This document shows positions 35,079 to 48,200 of a DNA stretch of 64,000 nt, piece after piece. Position numbers and translations under genes: made by a program. The number at the start of each line of letters is the position of its first letter. Positions within the stretch are counted from its first letter, which is position 1. Source of the stretch: Rhizodiscina lignyota (taxonomy: Eukaryota); NCBI GenBank assembly GCA_010015805.1, contig ML978134.1, positions 434,001 to 498,000 on the forward strand. The letters are read 5' to 3'. Below the pieces are notes generated by a model that saw nothing but the letters and a program-made list of their open reading frames with translations, did not search any database and was not told where the DNA came from.

Positions 35079-37739
35079 ATGGCAGCCTACCCATTCAAGC
35101 TGGATCTCACGCTATCATACGCACTGCCAGGCTCCCAGGCGCGTGCCCTCGAGATTTCTCAACCGGCAGAGAATTCCAGATCTCGTGAATACCTCATTGC
35201 CAACGCATACAGGCCGGAAACTCCAACTCTTTCCGCGGTCCCCGTAACCGCCCCTAAAGGTTCAGAAGCTATCCGTGGAGTTGAAGTCCACTTTATTACT
35301 ATTTCTGTTACAGATGAAAAGACCGACTACTCGTGTCGCGATCTCCGGTTGTTGAAATCGCACATGTTGAGGAGGGCCAATCCGCGGCCACCTCCACAGC
35401 ACCTATCTCCTGAGAAAGCCGAAGCGGAAGCGCGAGCCAACTATAGAAATGTGCGCGAAAGTTGGGAGGAGTTGCGGCAAATAATCGCGCGGCACGCTAC
35501 AACAATCGAGAAGCGGTGGCTTAAGAAGACGAAGGGGAAGCGGATACAGATGCTCCTGGAAGCTTGGCCGGATATGCCAGAAGTGCATAGGCCGGACCTC
35601 AATGCTTTCATGGAAGGGCAACGGAGCCTTCGCCTGGCCCCCGAAGCCTGGTTCTACTGGCCTTCGATCAACCAAGAAGACCTCTCGAGGCCGAAGTTGC
35701 TTCCTCTCTTGCTGCAATCTCGAGCCCAAAGCGACCCAATCGCATTCTGTGTTGTTGATACCGACACCCATCGTTTTGGCGTTGCAACCGACAAGATTCA
35801 ATACCCAGCGTGTGACGGATACGTGATGGAGTTTGTCAACCACTCTCCATCGACTGGCAACGTCGACATCATTCCGATCAAAGAGCTGCTGCGCCGCAGT
35901 GACCGACCTTCTGAGCATCATATCTTTCCTGCAGGCGAAGGCCTTTCGGCCTTAAGGGCTCAGCAAAGGCTATACGAGTTTCTTGTCTCTATCTGCCGTC
36001 GGATCTTACATGATATCCCTGCATCAGATGTTTTGCACTACCCTGTCAAGGCTGAGTGGTTCCATGCATCGCATGACACACCAGCGCTTGCTTCTGTTGC
36101 CGCCACGATCGGAGAAGCTCGGGACAAACGTCCAGCGACGTTGGATCTGGATGGCGTCGAACGCCTTATGGCGGAAAAGCTCGCTGCCGCTGAAGACCAT
36201 CTCTGGGCACTTCGCGAGGATCCTGGTTACTTCGCTAGCAACATTGAAGACGTCAAAGCCCACACCACAGCCCAGTCCTTAAGTTTGCGGAAGATCAGAC
36301 AATCAAAGCTCGGTGAGACAGAACGCACAACTTGGACCAAGGTAGTCTCCAAATGTGTCTGTCACGCTCTAGTGATGATACAAAACTGGGACTTACTTCT
36401 AGACCAAGTGGCTGATGCCCGAGAGCTGTATGTCACATCAACGTTGGATGCCGGGACCCCATTCCCAAAGGATTATTCGCAGGCCTTGTGTAGGTTGTGC
36501 TACTCGTTGATTGTTTTCGCGAATCGGCTGTGTGAGGATGTGACCATTGAGTTACTTTACTCACCACCTTTTCGTCGCCTCATCGACATGAGGGAGGATG
36601 CTGGCTCCAGAATACACGTTTCGCTCAAGAAAGATTTCCCTGCTGACTCTAGCGGAGGCCGATTGCTCTGGATGATGACGCGGCTACTACGGGACCTCGA
36701 CGTCAATTGGATCGGTCTGGGAAATATCATGGATGAACTGGCTCGCATACAAGAGCAGGATCCTAAATTAAAGGATTTCATCTCACCTCGGGTGGCAAAT
36801 GGATTATCTGATCTGACTGTCGTGTCCACGTGCCTGCGGCAAATACAGGACCACTACCCTCGGCCCGCAATGTTCGAGAGTGCGTTATTACTAAATCTGA
36901 AGGAGCTTGTAAAGGAATACCGGGAGACGATATCGAGTGTTGAGATCCACTACATGACTGCAGTAAGAGAGTCGCCAATATCGCCATGCGAGCTTGTGGA
37001 GCAACCGAGCGACGGCATCTTCGACTATCCCGCTGGGAAGAAGCGCACAAGGGATGTCGTGGACCGCATGCGGCGAGCAGAAGCAACCCTTGATCGGTTT
37101 TGGGGTGAATTAAATGTACAGCTGGAGAGCGAGAAAGTTTTCACACTTCGTCTCGAGGCTTTGTTACGAAGCCGGACGCCGCTGCGGACACCGGAATATA
37201 CGGAGCCAGTCAAGGTGCCGAAATCCACCGAAACGAGTCTCAATACCTCCCTTTCAGAACTCTACCTGGACCTGGAAGAGAGGACAGAGCGTACAGTCGT
37301 CCGAGAGAGCTCGACACCAGGCAAAGTCAAAACCAAGACTCGTAGGGAGAAAGCGCCACCGGCTCCTCCGCCAGGTGCGGCTGCCGCAGTTGAGCCTCCG
37401 GCAGAAGTGGTTCCCCATTCGCCTTCGACCGTGTTCCGCGTGGACAAACGCGCCATCAAAGTCTTCCGCGCTCTCTTCTTTTCGCGTTCCACTTCGTCAC
37501 AGCCAGGAGAGATTGAGTGGCTAGACTTTGTGCACGCGATGTGCTCAATGAACTTCCAGGCGAAGCACACTGAAGGGTCGTCCTGGCTGTTCACGCCCCT
37601 GTGGCCAGGCGCGAAGCGCAGTATTTCCTTTCACCAGCCGCACCCATCGAACAAATTTTCGTATCGAGACGCAAGGAAACATGGAAGGCGGTTGACCCTC
37701 GCGTACCAATGGCATGGTGGAATGTTTGATGAGGAGTGA
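35079..37739 (+). CDS. Large uncharacterised fungal protein with a C-terminal HicA-like domain (start may be ATG 35079 or 35364)
   Basis: Single long ORF; family-like motifs TIEKRWLKK, AWPDMPEVHRPD, WPSINQEDL, AEDHLWALREDPGYF; C-terminal IEWLDF...GSSWLFTP...FHQPHP...GRRL. Confidence 0.85.
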   Translation: MAAYPFKLDLTLSYALPGSQARALEISQPAENSRSREYLIANAYRPETPTLSAVPVTAPKGSEAIRGVEVHFITISVTDEKTDYSCRDLRLLKSHMLRRANPRPPPQHLSPEKAEAEARANYRNVRESWEELRQIIARHATTIEKRWLKKTKGKRIQMLLEAWPDMPEVHRPDLNAFMEGQRSLRLAPEAWFYWPSINQEDLSRPKLLPLLLQSRAQSDPIAFCVVDTDTHRFGVATDKIQYPACDGYVMEFVNHSPSTGNVDIIPIKELLRRSDRPSEHHIFPAGEGLSALRAQQRLYEFLVSICRRILHDIPASDVLHYPVKAEWFHASHDTPALASVAATIGEARDKRPATLDLDGVERLMAEKLAAAEDHLWALREDPGYFASNIEDVKAHTTAQSLSLRKIRQSKLGETERTTWTKVVSKCVCHALVMIQNWDLLLDQVADARELYVTSTLDAGTPFPKDYSQALCRLCYSLIVFANRLCEDVTIELLYSPPFRRLIDMREDAGSRIHVSLKKDFPADSSGGRLLWMMTRLLRDLDVNWIGLGNIMDELARIQEQDPKLKDFISPRVANGLSDLTVVSTCLRQIQDHYPRPAMFESALLLNLKELVKEYRETISSVEIHYMTAVRESPISPCELVEQPSDGIFDYPAGKKRTRDVVDRMRRAEATLDRFWGELNVQLESEKVFTLRLEALLRSRTPLRTPEYTEPVKVPKSTETSLNTSLSELYLDLEERTERTVVRESSTPGKVKTKTRREKAPPAPPPGAAAAVEPPAEVVPHSPSTVFRVDKRAIKVFRALFFSRSTSSQPGEIEWLDFVHAMCSMNFQAKHTEGSSWLFTPLWPGAKRSISFHQPHPSNKFSYRDARKHGRRLTLAYQWHGGMFDEE

Positions 37740-38431
37740 TGAATGGCAATTGTGTCGAGCTGTGCGCTGGCGATGCGAGTTGAATCTTCCCTGCCTTTTT
37801 TTTTAGTATTTCTTGGGCTCACAAGCCTCTCTGCGGAACGACGACGACCTGGTGTTGAACTCGCCGTCCGCTTTACTTATGACGTTTTAATACGCTGCTC
37901 GATCAGACCGACGAATTTTCGTTGGAATGCCCAGAGTTGTACCGTGGAATTTAGTGGTTTTTCAGCGCGCATCGCAACACCCTCGTGTAGTTCATAGCAG
38001 TGCACGATAAGTCCACGTGCCTCCCACAATGCAGAGGCGCAAGTTTAACGAATCTCAAGCGATAGATATCCGCAGGTTCCGTGGAGCTGCCATACAAGTT
38101 CCAAAGTGTCGAGTAGTTGCATGAAGCGCCCTCTATCAGCAGGTGAGACGTGGCTGTTTGACATCCTTAGCCTGTCGTAAGCGCGAGACATATCCGGCCC
38201 CTTCTCATTGCAACAAGACGAGAAAGTGATAATCTTCGAAGTGATTCTAATGGAAAGTTAATATACCTAGTATGTCGAGAGTTGAGGTCTCTGTAGGCAG
38301 AAATGACTGACAGTACTATTGAATGAACTAGAAAGGGGTGCTTTTTACTCCCGGCGTTAAGCGAGGGAAATAAAACTTTAGGGACATTACGTATATATAG
38401 AACAAATTTTTCTGGAGGTGTCAATTCATCA

Positions 38432-38517
38432 TCCTCCGTGGCGCAATTGGCTAGCGCGTCTGACTGTTACTCATTGGAGTCATCAGGAGGTTCGTGGTTC
38501 GAGCCCACGCGGGGGAG
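38432..38517 (+). tRNA. tRNA-Asn(GTT) with a 12-nt intron (38470-38481)
   Basis: Acceptor TCCTCCG/CGGGGGA, D-arm GCGC-AATTGGCTA-GCGC, anticodon arm TCTGA-CT-GTT-A...TCAGG, T-arm CGTGG-TTCGAGC-CCACG. Confidence 0.96.
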
Positions 38518-38526
38518 ATTGAACTC

Positions 38527-38534
38527 TTTTTTTT
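38527..38534 (+). terminator. RNA polymerase III oligo-T terminator
   Basis: T8 run about 10 nt after the tRNA 3' end. Confidence 0.85.
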
Positions 38535-39627
38535 AAATTTAAATTTTTTTTGGTCCTCTTGATATCGCGGACTTGAAAGGAAATCAGTCGTTTTCCATTT
38601 ATATATCATTTAAACCTACGGCAACAGAATATCTTATCGCTATTGGTTGAAGCTTCCGCGCCAGCCTTCAAATGTGATTGGAACCCCATTTCAATGGCAT
38701 CTTCGTGTGAGATTGGCGGTAAAGGTTAATGTAAAACTTCATTCCAATCCGTTGTTTGATTTGTGCCAGATCGTCGCAGGAAGCCTACTACGAAGCTTTG
38801 TTCAACCTCTTTTAAAAAGCCGCCTCTCTCACAGAGATCAGTGTATGCCTTTCCGTACTCGATGGAGACGCCTCTCCTTTGCGGTGCTGTGGAACAAATT
38901 GAACAGCATGCGACTCTTTCGTTCGATTGATCGCGCTGAGACATGCGTTTCAGGAGCTTCCTGACTCTCTTCAAGGCTGCGATATATACGTTGCTGTCAT
39001 TCATTAACCAGGTAGCAAAATTATTACCGGAGAAGATTCCCCTGAAACTCCGACCTTGCCCTCCCGCACGCCAAGTCAACGCTACGGAAAAACTTCCTCA
39101 AGGAATACAACTTCGACGAAATCCTTCGGGTTTAATTCAACCAGAGATGCATGCATGTAACGTCAACGGTCCAAGCAACACAAGGCTCATGTTCCTGAAT
39201 GCGGGGACGTCGCTGCGAGGTGGTTTTCTACCCCGCTAAATCGTATGGACCAGAGCCGCCTAACGGTGTTGGGGAGTGATCAGAGGCCCGAACCTGACGA
39301 TTCTAGTCAACTCAGCACAGCACGCTGGCAACTTGTTCCCAGTTCCTAGCTTCGGCCCTGTCGGTCATCATCGGAAATTGCTCATCGCTCGTCATTTTTG
39401 CTCGCTGATGCTGGAGAAGCTGGAGCTCGCACTCTTCTCGGGCTAGCTAACATGCAGGTCCACTATGTTATGACGCTTGGTTTGCGGAGTTCTCGGTGGA
39501 GCTCCATTGGAGGTATAAGTCTTTCGTATCCTTTGCGTTGGGTCCATTTCTGGATTTTCGTTTCCTTGACAGTGTCTCTTCGTACGTCTGTTTCTCCCTG
39601 TTGTCTCCGGCGCCGCCTTTATACAAC

Positions 39628-41698
39628 ATGCTGTGTATGACCCTCCTTCAATTGCTCCTTGGAGCTACTGCCTTTGCACAGCCTAGTAGTGGCAGTAGCA
39701 GCAGTTACTCTGTGAAGAAGCCGCCATTGACGACTCCATGGACGTACAAGGTTGGGACGAATCCATGGCCGGAATATCCGCGACCACAGCTACAACGATC
39801 GCAATGGAAGAACCTGAATGGTATTTGGACATACGAGAATGCCTCCAGCTTAGATGCTGTCAATAGCCCACCGAAAAGTTCGAAATTAGCGAACGAGGTC
39901 CTCATCCCTTCTTGTCTGGAGAGTGGGCTGTCCGGAGTTCAAGCCAGAGATGCGTTGTATTCATGGTTCTCTACGTCATTCACGGTTCCGAGTTCTTGGA
40001 AGGGCCAGAAGGTGCTTCTCAACTTTGGAGCCGTCGATTACGAAGCCACAGTTTGGGTGAATGGCCATAAGGCGACATTTCATCGTGGAGGTTACTTCGC
40101 TTTCACAGTCGATGTTACCGAATATCTGACTTCTGGCTCCAACCACCTGCTCGTCTTTGTTCACGATCCGACCGACAGCGGCGACTACGTTATTCCAATT
40201 GGCAAACAGACTCTCAATCCTTCACACATCTTCTATACGCCTTGCAGCGGCATATGGCAGAGCGTATGGATTGAAGCTGCGCCCTCTGATTACGTTACAC
40301 AGTTGGATGTGGCTGCGGATATGTATGGTGAGGTAAATGTAACCATTCACAGCTCTGGGAAGTCAAGTTCGCCGGTCACGGTGTCAGTTTACGAGAAGGG
40401 TTCCTACAACGCGATTGCGACACACACAGGATCTTCCAATAAACCCTTTCAGTTCTCCGTGTCGAAACCAAAGCTGTGGTCGCCGGATTCGCCTAGCCTC
40501 TACGATATAACTGTCAAATTGGGAAAAGATACAATCAAGAGCTACACTGGGTTCCGCACCATCTCGAGGGGCTATGTGAATGGCATAATGCGACCACTTG
40601 TGAACGGCGAATTTATCTTCCTCTTCGGCACACTGGATCAAGGATTCTGGCCAGATGGAATTTACACGCCTCCAAATTATGAAGCAATGGTCTACGATTT
40701 GAAAGCGCTAAAGAAAGTCGGCATGAATATGTTCCGCAAGCACGTAAGTTGAAGGTTGCATTGCTATTCATCGTAATGCTAATATAAAAAACAGATCAAA
40801 GTAGAGACGGCCCTTTTCTATCAGGCTTGCGATGAGCTCGGTCTCATGATCATTCAAGACATGCCAGCTCTTCGTCCTTCCCAGAGTAAGACTCTGTCAA
40901 ACTGCACAACGGTTCCGATCCTGCCGGACGCGGCGCAGCAAGCAGAATTTACTCGGCAACTTGAGCTGCTCGTCAACCAACACAAGAGCTATCCCAGTAT
41001 CTACACTTGGGTACGTGTCGAGAATCAAACGCGTAATTTGTCGTTCTGACTTTGTTCCCAGGTCATCTACAACGAAGGCTGGGGCCAAGTTATCAACGGA
41101 TATCCTGAATTTGGTCTCACCGATCTGGTCAAGTCCCTGGATCCAACAAGGCTTGTTGACGCTACTACGGGGTGGTACGACCATGGCGCTGGTGACTACA
41201 GCGACAATCACCATTATGCTAATCCCCAGTGTGGTTCGCCTTTCTATTCGATTCAGTCAAGCCCGTATGACCCCAAGCGTATCGGCATCCAAGGCGAGTT
41301 CGGTGGCATCGGAAACAACGTCTCCATTGAACAGTAAGTCATTCTCCTTGCGCGCGTTTATATGTGGACCCTCGATAATTGACAAATCTCTAAGCTTGTG
41401 GAACATCCAAGAAGCAATCAATACCATCAACCAGACGTATGAAATTGACGAGTCTTTGGACGTTTGGAATTACCGCGCACACGTGCTCCTGAGTGAGATC
41501 CTCGACCAAGTGAAGCGCTTTGCATGCAGCGCTGGCGTCTGGACGCAAACCACGGATGTGGAGGGAGAGGTGAATGGTCTGTTGACATACGACAGAAGGA
41601 TATTGAGACCAAATTTGAAACAATGGAACAGTGATATCAATGCGTTGTACGATGCGGCAAAGGCGAGAGGTAATTCGAGCGCAATGATGATGCTCTAG
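39628..41698 (+). CDS. Secreted glycoside hydrolase family 2; 3 introns
   Basis: Signal peptide; PWPEYPRPQL, LLNFGAVDYEATVWVNG, LWSPDSPSLY, LDQGFWPDGIYT, spliced WVIYNEGWG, GEFGG, QTTDVEGEVNGLLTYDRR. Confidence 0.93.
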
Positions 41699-42072
41699 CG
41701 GACAACATGTCATGATGAAAGACACATGCCTCCTTAATAGTTTGCAGGATAATAAACCCGAGAAGTCTGCAACAGATATGATGTTTCTCATATACATGCA
41801 TGTGATAAACGGAGAACATATCTCGCAGATTCAGCCAATCAGAAAGAAGTTCCATGTCTTGCATGCAAAGTGGAATCTCTTTCTGATTGGTTGCTATGTC
41901 CGAAGTTGATCCAGATAGACAGGGGCTGACGATTACTCTGTAACATTCGCCCGGACGGAGAGTTGATGGGAAACCTTCCGACCAGCTAGCTGTTGACTCA
42001 GAGATGGCATAAAGGCGGAGTCTTTGTTTGCTCCCTTGCCAGAATCCTCAATTGAGGCTTTTGTTAAGAATA

Positions 42073-43128
42073 ATGGCGGAAGAACAAAGCGACGTTTACC
42101 GTGGCAGCTGTCATTGCGGCGCCCTTCAATTCACCGCCGAGAAGAAAGGAACTCCTGAAAAGGTGATTGAATGCAACTGTAGTTATTGCAGCAGAGTATG
42201 TGAAATATTGAATCGAGTATGGAAATGTTCTTTATGCTGATATGGTGTTCTATCAGACAGGATTCCAGTATGGAAGCAGTCTGCCAGTTGGCGAGGTCAA
42301 AATGACTTCGAACTGGGATAAATACATCGACTACCAATTCGGCGAGAAGAAGTATACACACAGGGTAAGAGTGGGCCCTGAGCCAATATGTGTGGTCAAT
42401 GGCACTCATTCAGCAGTTCTGCTCGACATGTGGAAGCTCAATCGCCGTCTTGAACGCGGATGGGAAAATCGCTACAGTCAATGTAAGAATATATTCGTCG
42501 GTTCCTCAAATTGACATGTTAATTTATCCGCAGGCACGGATGATGATGGCAGACATTAAGCCAAGATCTCTACCGGTCAAAGTTTATAATGGGGCAGTCG
42601 AACAGAAAGGTTACGACCCTGAGCCGCCGAAGGCGCCCGAACCGCAGCCCGATGGCAAGCTGTTGTACCATGGGAGTTGCCATTGCAGAGCAGTCACATA
42701 CGAGGTGATTTTCCCGCCGATTACCTCAGTAAACCAGTGTGGTTGCAGCATCTGTTGGCGTGTAAGTGATAGGCCGACTGTGGAGTTCCATCGCGAGAGA
42801 TTTTCTGACATTCCAATGCTCACAGAATGCGTACCTCTGGATCTATCCACTTAAACCACAATTCAAGCTACTATCTGGAGAGGAGAGTCTGTTCAAATAC
42901 CAGTTCAACACCATGAAAGCAAGCCACATGACTTGCAAGGCGTGCGGCGTGAGTCTATTCAACTTTCTCTACCCTGAATCTCCTTTGGCGCCGTTGAATG
43001 TAAGAACGATAGAAGGTATAGATATCTATCAGCTTGAGCATAAGCCGCAGGAGGTAGTGATTGAGCAGCCAGATGGGACCACTATTACGAGGGTGCTCGG
43101 AGACGGCTCAAGAGAACGGATTGAATGA
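42073..43128 (+). CDS. Tandem GFA/CENP-V (Mss4-like) zinc-binding domain protein; several introns
   Basis: Two repeats: YRGSCHCG..CNCSYC..FCSTCG and YHGSCHC..CGCSIC..TCKACG. Confidence 0.88.
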
Positions 43129-43367
43129 CCGGAAAGAGACTACTCTATATACAGGGTCTGATTTCAACCCTAGCATTCATTTGATTGATCGAATAGAATA
43201 GGCTGTGATCTGTCAACTTGATGGTCGCAAGCGCAAGTCGCGGTTGCCCTTTTTAGCGACTTCCCTGCCGTCCCATCTTCCATCAGCTCGACGTAACATT
43301 CTTCTCTTTCTCACACATCTCACTCCCCATAATCAGGTTTCGTCCCAAGCTTTGAAATAGTACCGTA

Positions 43368-44638
43368 ATGGACGATACAGTCGACTTGCGCTGTAACTCC
43401 TTGAAATGTCGCAGCTTACTTACCGAGCGCGCGGTAGTTACCACTTGCAGGTACGCATAGCCCTTTCCTATCCGTATTAACACTGACAATTGTATTTCTT
43501 GCAGCCATGTCTTTTGTGTTGACTGCGCTGAACGATTGGGCTTGTCGACAGCGACGACCGGCCCAAGGAAATGCCCGGCATGCAACATGCAACTCCAAAA
43601 TCCCGACGATGCTGTTTGCACATACCTCAATCCTGCCGACGACTATAAGACAAGCGTTCTCTCCGGACTCAGTCCAGCCATCGTAATGGAGTGCGCAGCA
43701 AGAGCGCTAGCTTTTTGGAACTATCAGGCGGCACAAGAAATGTACGCTGAATATCAGCGCTGCCATCAATTTTCGCCTAACTACGAGCAGAAAATATCAG
43801 GGCTACCTTGCGGATAGCATCACCAACCGATATCGTACGCTCAGTGCTCAGTACGATGATTTGATCAATCAAGCAAATGCAGAGATCAAGAACTTGCATG
43901 AGAAAATCCAAAGTATTAGCCAAAACACTCATCATCGCAGTTCAGGGGCAGTCTTCGCTAATAGCTTTACAGAACTGCAAGAGGAAAGGAACCTACTTAT
44001 TCAGAAGGTCAACGAAGCTCATGCTGCCTTTAAGGATAAGAGTAAAGCTCATGCCGCGATGAAGAAAATGTATGAGGAGGCCAAGGCAAAAGAGATGGAG
44101 ATACACGTTCAAGACGCCGCGGAAGACGATGCGGATGTGACGCTTCTTAACCCTCCTGGAAATCGCTTTAACGACCGATTTGGTACGAACGCTGATACTA
44201 GCAGCCGCATCCCCCAATTCCCCACGAACAGGCATGGCATGGAACAGGTACACAGCCGGCAGCGCAGTGGTGGCTCAGGAGGACTAGAAAGAGATGCACG
44301 CTTTGTTAGCAATTGGGCGCAACCAGGCGGTGTTCGAGAGCAAACATCCCGTTAGTGGTACTGCAACAGGATAATCGTCGAGCTGCTAACTTTCCTTTGG
44401 GGCAGAGAATGCACCTGTAATGCAGACACCTTCTCATCGAACCCGCCTTCCCTTACCTCATCGTGCCGGCGGCGTTCAAGCAACGCCCTTATCTCGCCAA
44501 CCTCTTCGTCCGATGAGCACCAATATATTGGGTGGTATCGGAGGCAACAACTCCGGAATGCGCTTTGGAAAACCTGCCGTCAGACAGACGCCGTTCTTGT
44601 CCCGAACAAGTGGTCCAATCCTCAGTGGGATGCGTTGA
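43368..44638 (+). CDS. hei10: Meiotic RING E3 ligase HEI10/CCNB1IP1; ~4 introns, 3' end approximate
   Basis: LRCNSLKCR...AVVTTCSHVFCVDC...CPAC...NPADDYKTSVLSGLSPAIVMECAARALAFWNYQ, followed by a coiled coil. Confidence 0.9.
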
Positions 44639-45222
44639 ACGGAGAAAAAGTTATGGGGTCTTGCTCACAACCGCTTATTAGCCGACCTACCGTGCAAATG
44701 ATTGAACTGCACCGTGCGGTCCCATTCCGTTTACTATTTTGTTCCCTTACTCCTATTTTTGTGTATTAATTATGATACGTCGAACAACTCCAAGGGCTTG
44801 GTTGCTCCACTGAGAATCAATCGTCAAGCTTTCGAATCCTCAAGAACCCAACTGCATCAGCTGCATCGCTGCATCAACAACGGGATCTTTTCTGTCTAAG
44901 ATCCTTTGTCTTCATGTTTACTGTTCTTTGTGTCATTCTCATTGCCGCTCAAGTCCAGTTTGCGCACAGGATCATAATGGCTTTGTTGTGAAAAAGGAAT
45001 AAGGGACTGTGAGTTGCAAGACAATCAGCTCGACGAATCAAAGAAAGAGCATTCTCACAAGTGAAACATCATGTTGTGAGAGAGGTCTAAGGCCTCTGCG
45101 CGGCTTCAACCCGCATTCACGAAAATCTACTCTAAGCTTATGCAGTGCGCCGTGCGCAGGTAACTTGACCCAAGAGCAATTTTCTTTTTTTATATTTAAA
45201 TTCAATTTCCATACCCATTTTC

Positions 45223-48200
45223 ATGTCAGAAAAACAGGCAGTACTTAATTCAGGAGAGAACAATAACGAGATAGCCGGAGACGCTTCTGCTTCGGCGGAT
45301 ACGACCGGCGAACACACTGTCTCTCCTATCAGCGAGACCAAAGCGTCTCATCTCGACGAAAACGAAAACCAGAAACCTGAGGACCTTGTGTCGGATCACG
45401 AGACCACAGACCATGAAGATGAAGATGATCTTTACGCTCCTCCGCCACCAAGGAAGAACCGGACCACAACCGCAGCTCACCTTGTCGATGACCCCGTAAC
45501 CACAGAGACGCAGAACCAGAGATGTTCTGATATCTCGGATGAGGATGAACTGGAATCAAGGGCCGCGGAGAAGCGGGAGTCGCCTGTCGATCTCCTTCAT
45601 CACTTTGCGAGCTCTCAAAGCCAAGGACAGGATTTCCCGGAAGCAAGTGAGCCTTTACTAGACCCGCAAGACCTCGCAATCGTGTCGAACAATGCCGTTC
45701 TTGAGCCTACATCTGATGATAACATCGAGATTATCGGCTCGCCGCCGGTGTCTTTGCAACATTCAGACGACATTGGCGAGTATGCCTCCTCAGTTGATGT
45801 TAAAAACTTTAAAACTGGACTAAAAGATACCATTACCAAGTCCACTTCGGATAACAGAAGCATGTTTGATGACTCAAAGCGGGAATCTGAGCAACGGTCT
45901 GAAGGTACCATAAACGGCGTCTCAGTAGATGCTAAACAACCACATGTCCAAGCTCTGGATGTCTCACAGGCGCTTGGACGCTCGGTAGATACCCAAGACT
46001 CTGAAACAGAAGAAGCAGGATTGGGCGTGACAATTGTTGACGAGGAAACTGTGCAAGAGCCGCAGTCTGCAGGTGCGGAGGACAAACCAGCGGACAAGGA
46101 AGCATCAGATTCGACAGTCGTGGAATATGATCCCAGTGTCGTATTAGTCGAGGATCCGGCAACTGTAGATGATCTAGAGCCGGAGTTGATAAGTGCCTTT
46201 TCTGACACTTCATCTGATGAAAGCAGTAAGTTCGACGAGAGCCCACCTGACTCTCCACAGGAGTCGCGTCATGATGAAAACGATATCCCATCGACAGACA
46301 AGTCACAAGGTGCAGCAGTCTTCCCAGAAATATACTCAGGACGCGATGAAGATGATCAGCCGCCAGCAATCATCGCGCAAGCCCTTACCAGCACATTTGA
46401 TCCGATCGTCGCCAATGACGGTACTGAAGAGCCTGCCTCTATCATCGGTGATGTTACATCTCCTAATAACGACCCATTGCACCACCCTGCCCGATCTGTC
46501 TCACCTCTTGAAGAATATCCTCAGTCTTTCGCTTTGCCCCGCTTCCATACCGACCCTCGAATCGGACTTGTCACTGGTATGGGTTGGGACGGTGATAGCC
46601 CAATAGGAGATTTTGAGACATGGTGGCGCAAGAGAAGAGATCCACGCAAGCAAGTCCGCCTCAGACTGAACAGTTTGAGAGAGAAGAAAAAAGAAGGCTC
46701 TACGAAAAGCAAGTTCGCTGTTGGGGCGAGCAAACTGCGTGACGAAGTCACCATCAGAGACCTGGAAGAAGCTGAGCTCGAGCTACAGCGTGAGGCAAAA
46801 CTGGCGCAGGAAGCCTTTGCCAAATTCGATGCAGCGTACTACTCTGAGCCAGAGCGCATTGTACGACCCAAGCCAGTAAGACCACCTAAAAGACCACTGA
46901 GACCAATTCAAGAGGATCCTTCTTTGGATGACATACCGGAGCGGCCAAAGACAGCGCTCGGATTTCGCGACAAAGAGGAGTCAGACTTTTTGTCAATGTT
47001 TCCCGCAGTTCCAAGACATGACAAGGGCACAAACGCAGACGCAGGTCTGTCAAACACTTCCAGCTTTGTTGAACACAATGAAGCAGGAGAGACTGCGGAG
47101 AGTTATATTGCTGAAGAGGCACCTGACAATGCTCATGACGCTCAAGAAGAGTCTCATCAATTTGTTGGCAACAATATGTACGACCAATACCTCCCAAACC
47201 CCTTTGATTCAACCATTCAGAATGCGGTGAACCCAGCACTCTACGACCAGTGGCAGGAAGAAGGGCAGCTCGTATTAGGGTCGCAGCAAGCCTTGCGCGA
47301 CAAGGAGGAGGAGCGTCGAGCGGCCGAGACGGAATTGCTTGAAATACGGAGCGATTTTGGTGAGGTATTGGAGATGAGAGAGGTCCCGTTGCAGGAGCAC
47401 GACGATGTCAAGAAGGAGGCCTGGAAGGTGGCGATTCCTCCTACCTTCACAATCGTGGAATACATGACCGAGGCCGGGCCAGCGACAGGAAAGCTTCAAA
47501 CAGCGGAGGCAAAGAAGAAATACGTCGATGCCGGCCTCCAAACAGAAAGCGAGCAAAGGACAGAAATCCTTCAAACAGCGGAGGAAAGGAAGCACGTCGA
47601 CGCCAGCATCCAGACGGAAGACCAGCCAGCGACAGAAACCTCTCAAATAGTGGAAGCAAGAGAGTTCGTCGACGTCGGCCTCCAGACAGATCCATTGCCG
47701 CCCGAACGAAGTGAAGAAGACACTCAATTGTTGAACCACATGCGGAGGGAGAATGAAGAATACAAGGAAGGCCTAGGCAGCCTACAATTGGTGCTGGCAA
47801 TGCGTGAAAACGAAAATGGAGAGCTGAAGCAAGGCTTACAGAGCATCACAGAGCAACTGGCCGGGTGCGAGAACAACATCGTTGACAAGACGGCCGAGGT
47901 GGAGGTCAGAGGTAAGACGATTGCCTCTCTTCGCGACCAACTTGCGCAGACTATGGGCAGCGTTGTGTTGTCCCAGGAGGAGAAAGACCAGCTGGTTGAG
48001 CACCTAGACGGAATCAAGAAGGTCATGACAGAAGAGATTCTGGCGACAAAGCAGGAGATGGCGGAGGACGAGGCACAGACCCCAGCATTTTTGAAATCTG
48101 TCTCGTCCGTCCGGAGACACAGCAAGGGTAGCTTTGAGATCGGTGAGGAAAATCAGCATCCTGAGGTCGGCAAGATTAAGGCAGAGCTGGAAGAAGCGCG

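Noticed and set aside
38230..38640. AT-rich patch as a possible RIP-mutated transposon
   Set aside because: Short, with no terminal repeats or transposase remnants; consistent with normal tRNA flanks
38726..39079. 117-aa minus-strand ORF beside the tRNA
   Set aside because: Non-ATG start and no recognisable domain; at most a gene relic
34462..42000. Isolated TGA(C/G)TCA sites at 34462 and 41994
   Set aside because: About 8 such 7-mers are expected by chance in 64 kb, and there is no supporting context
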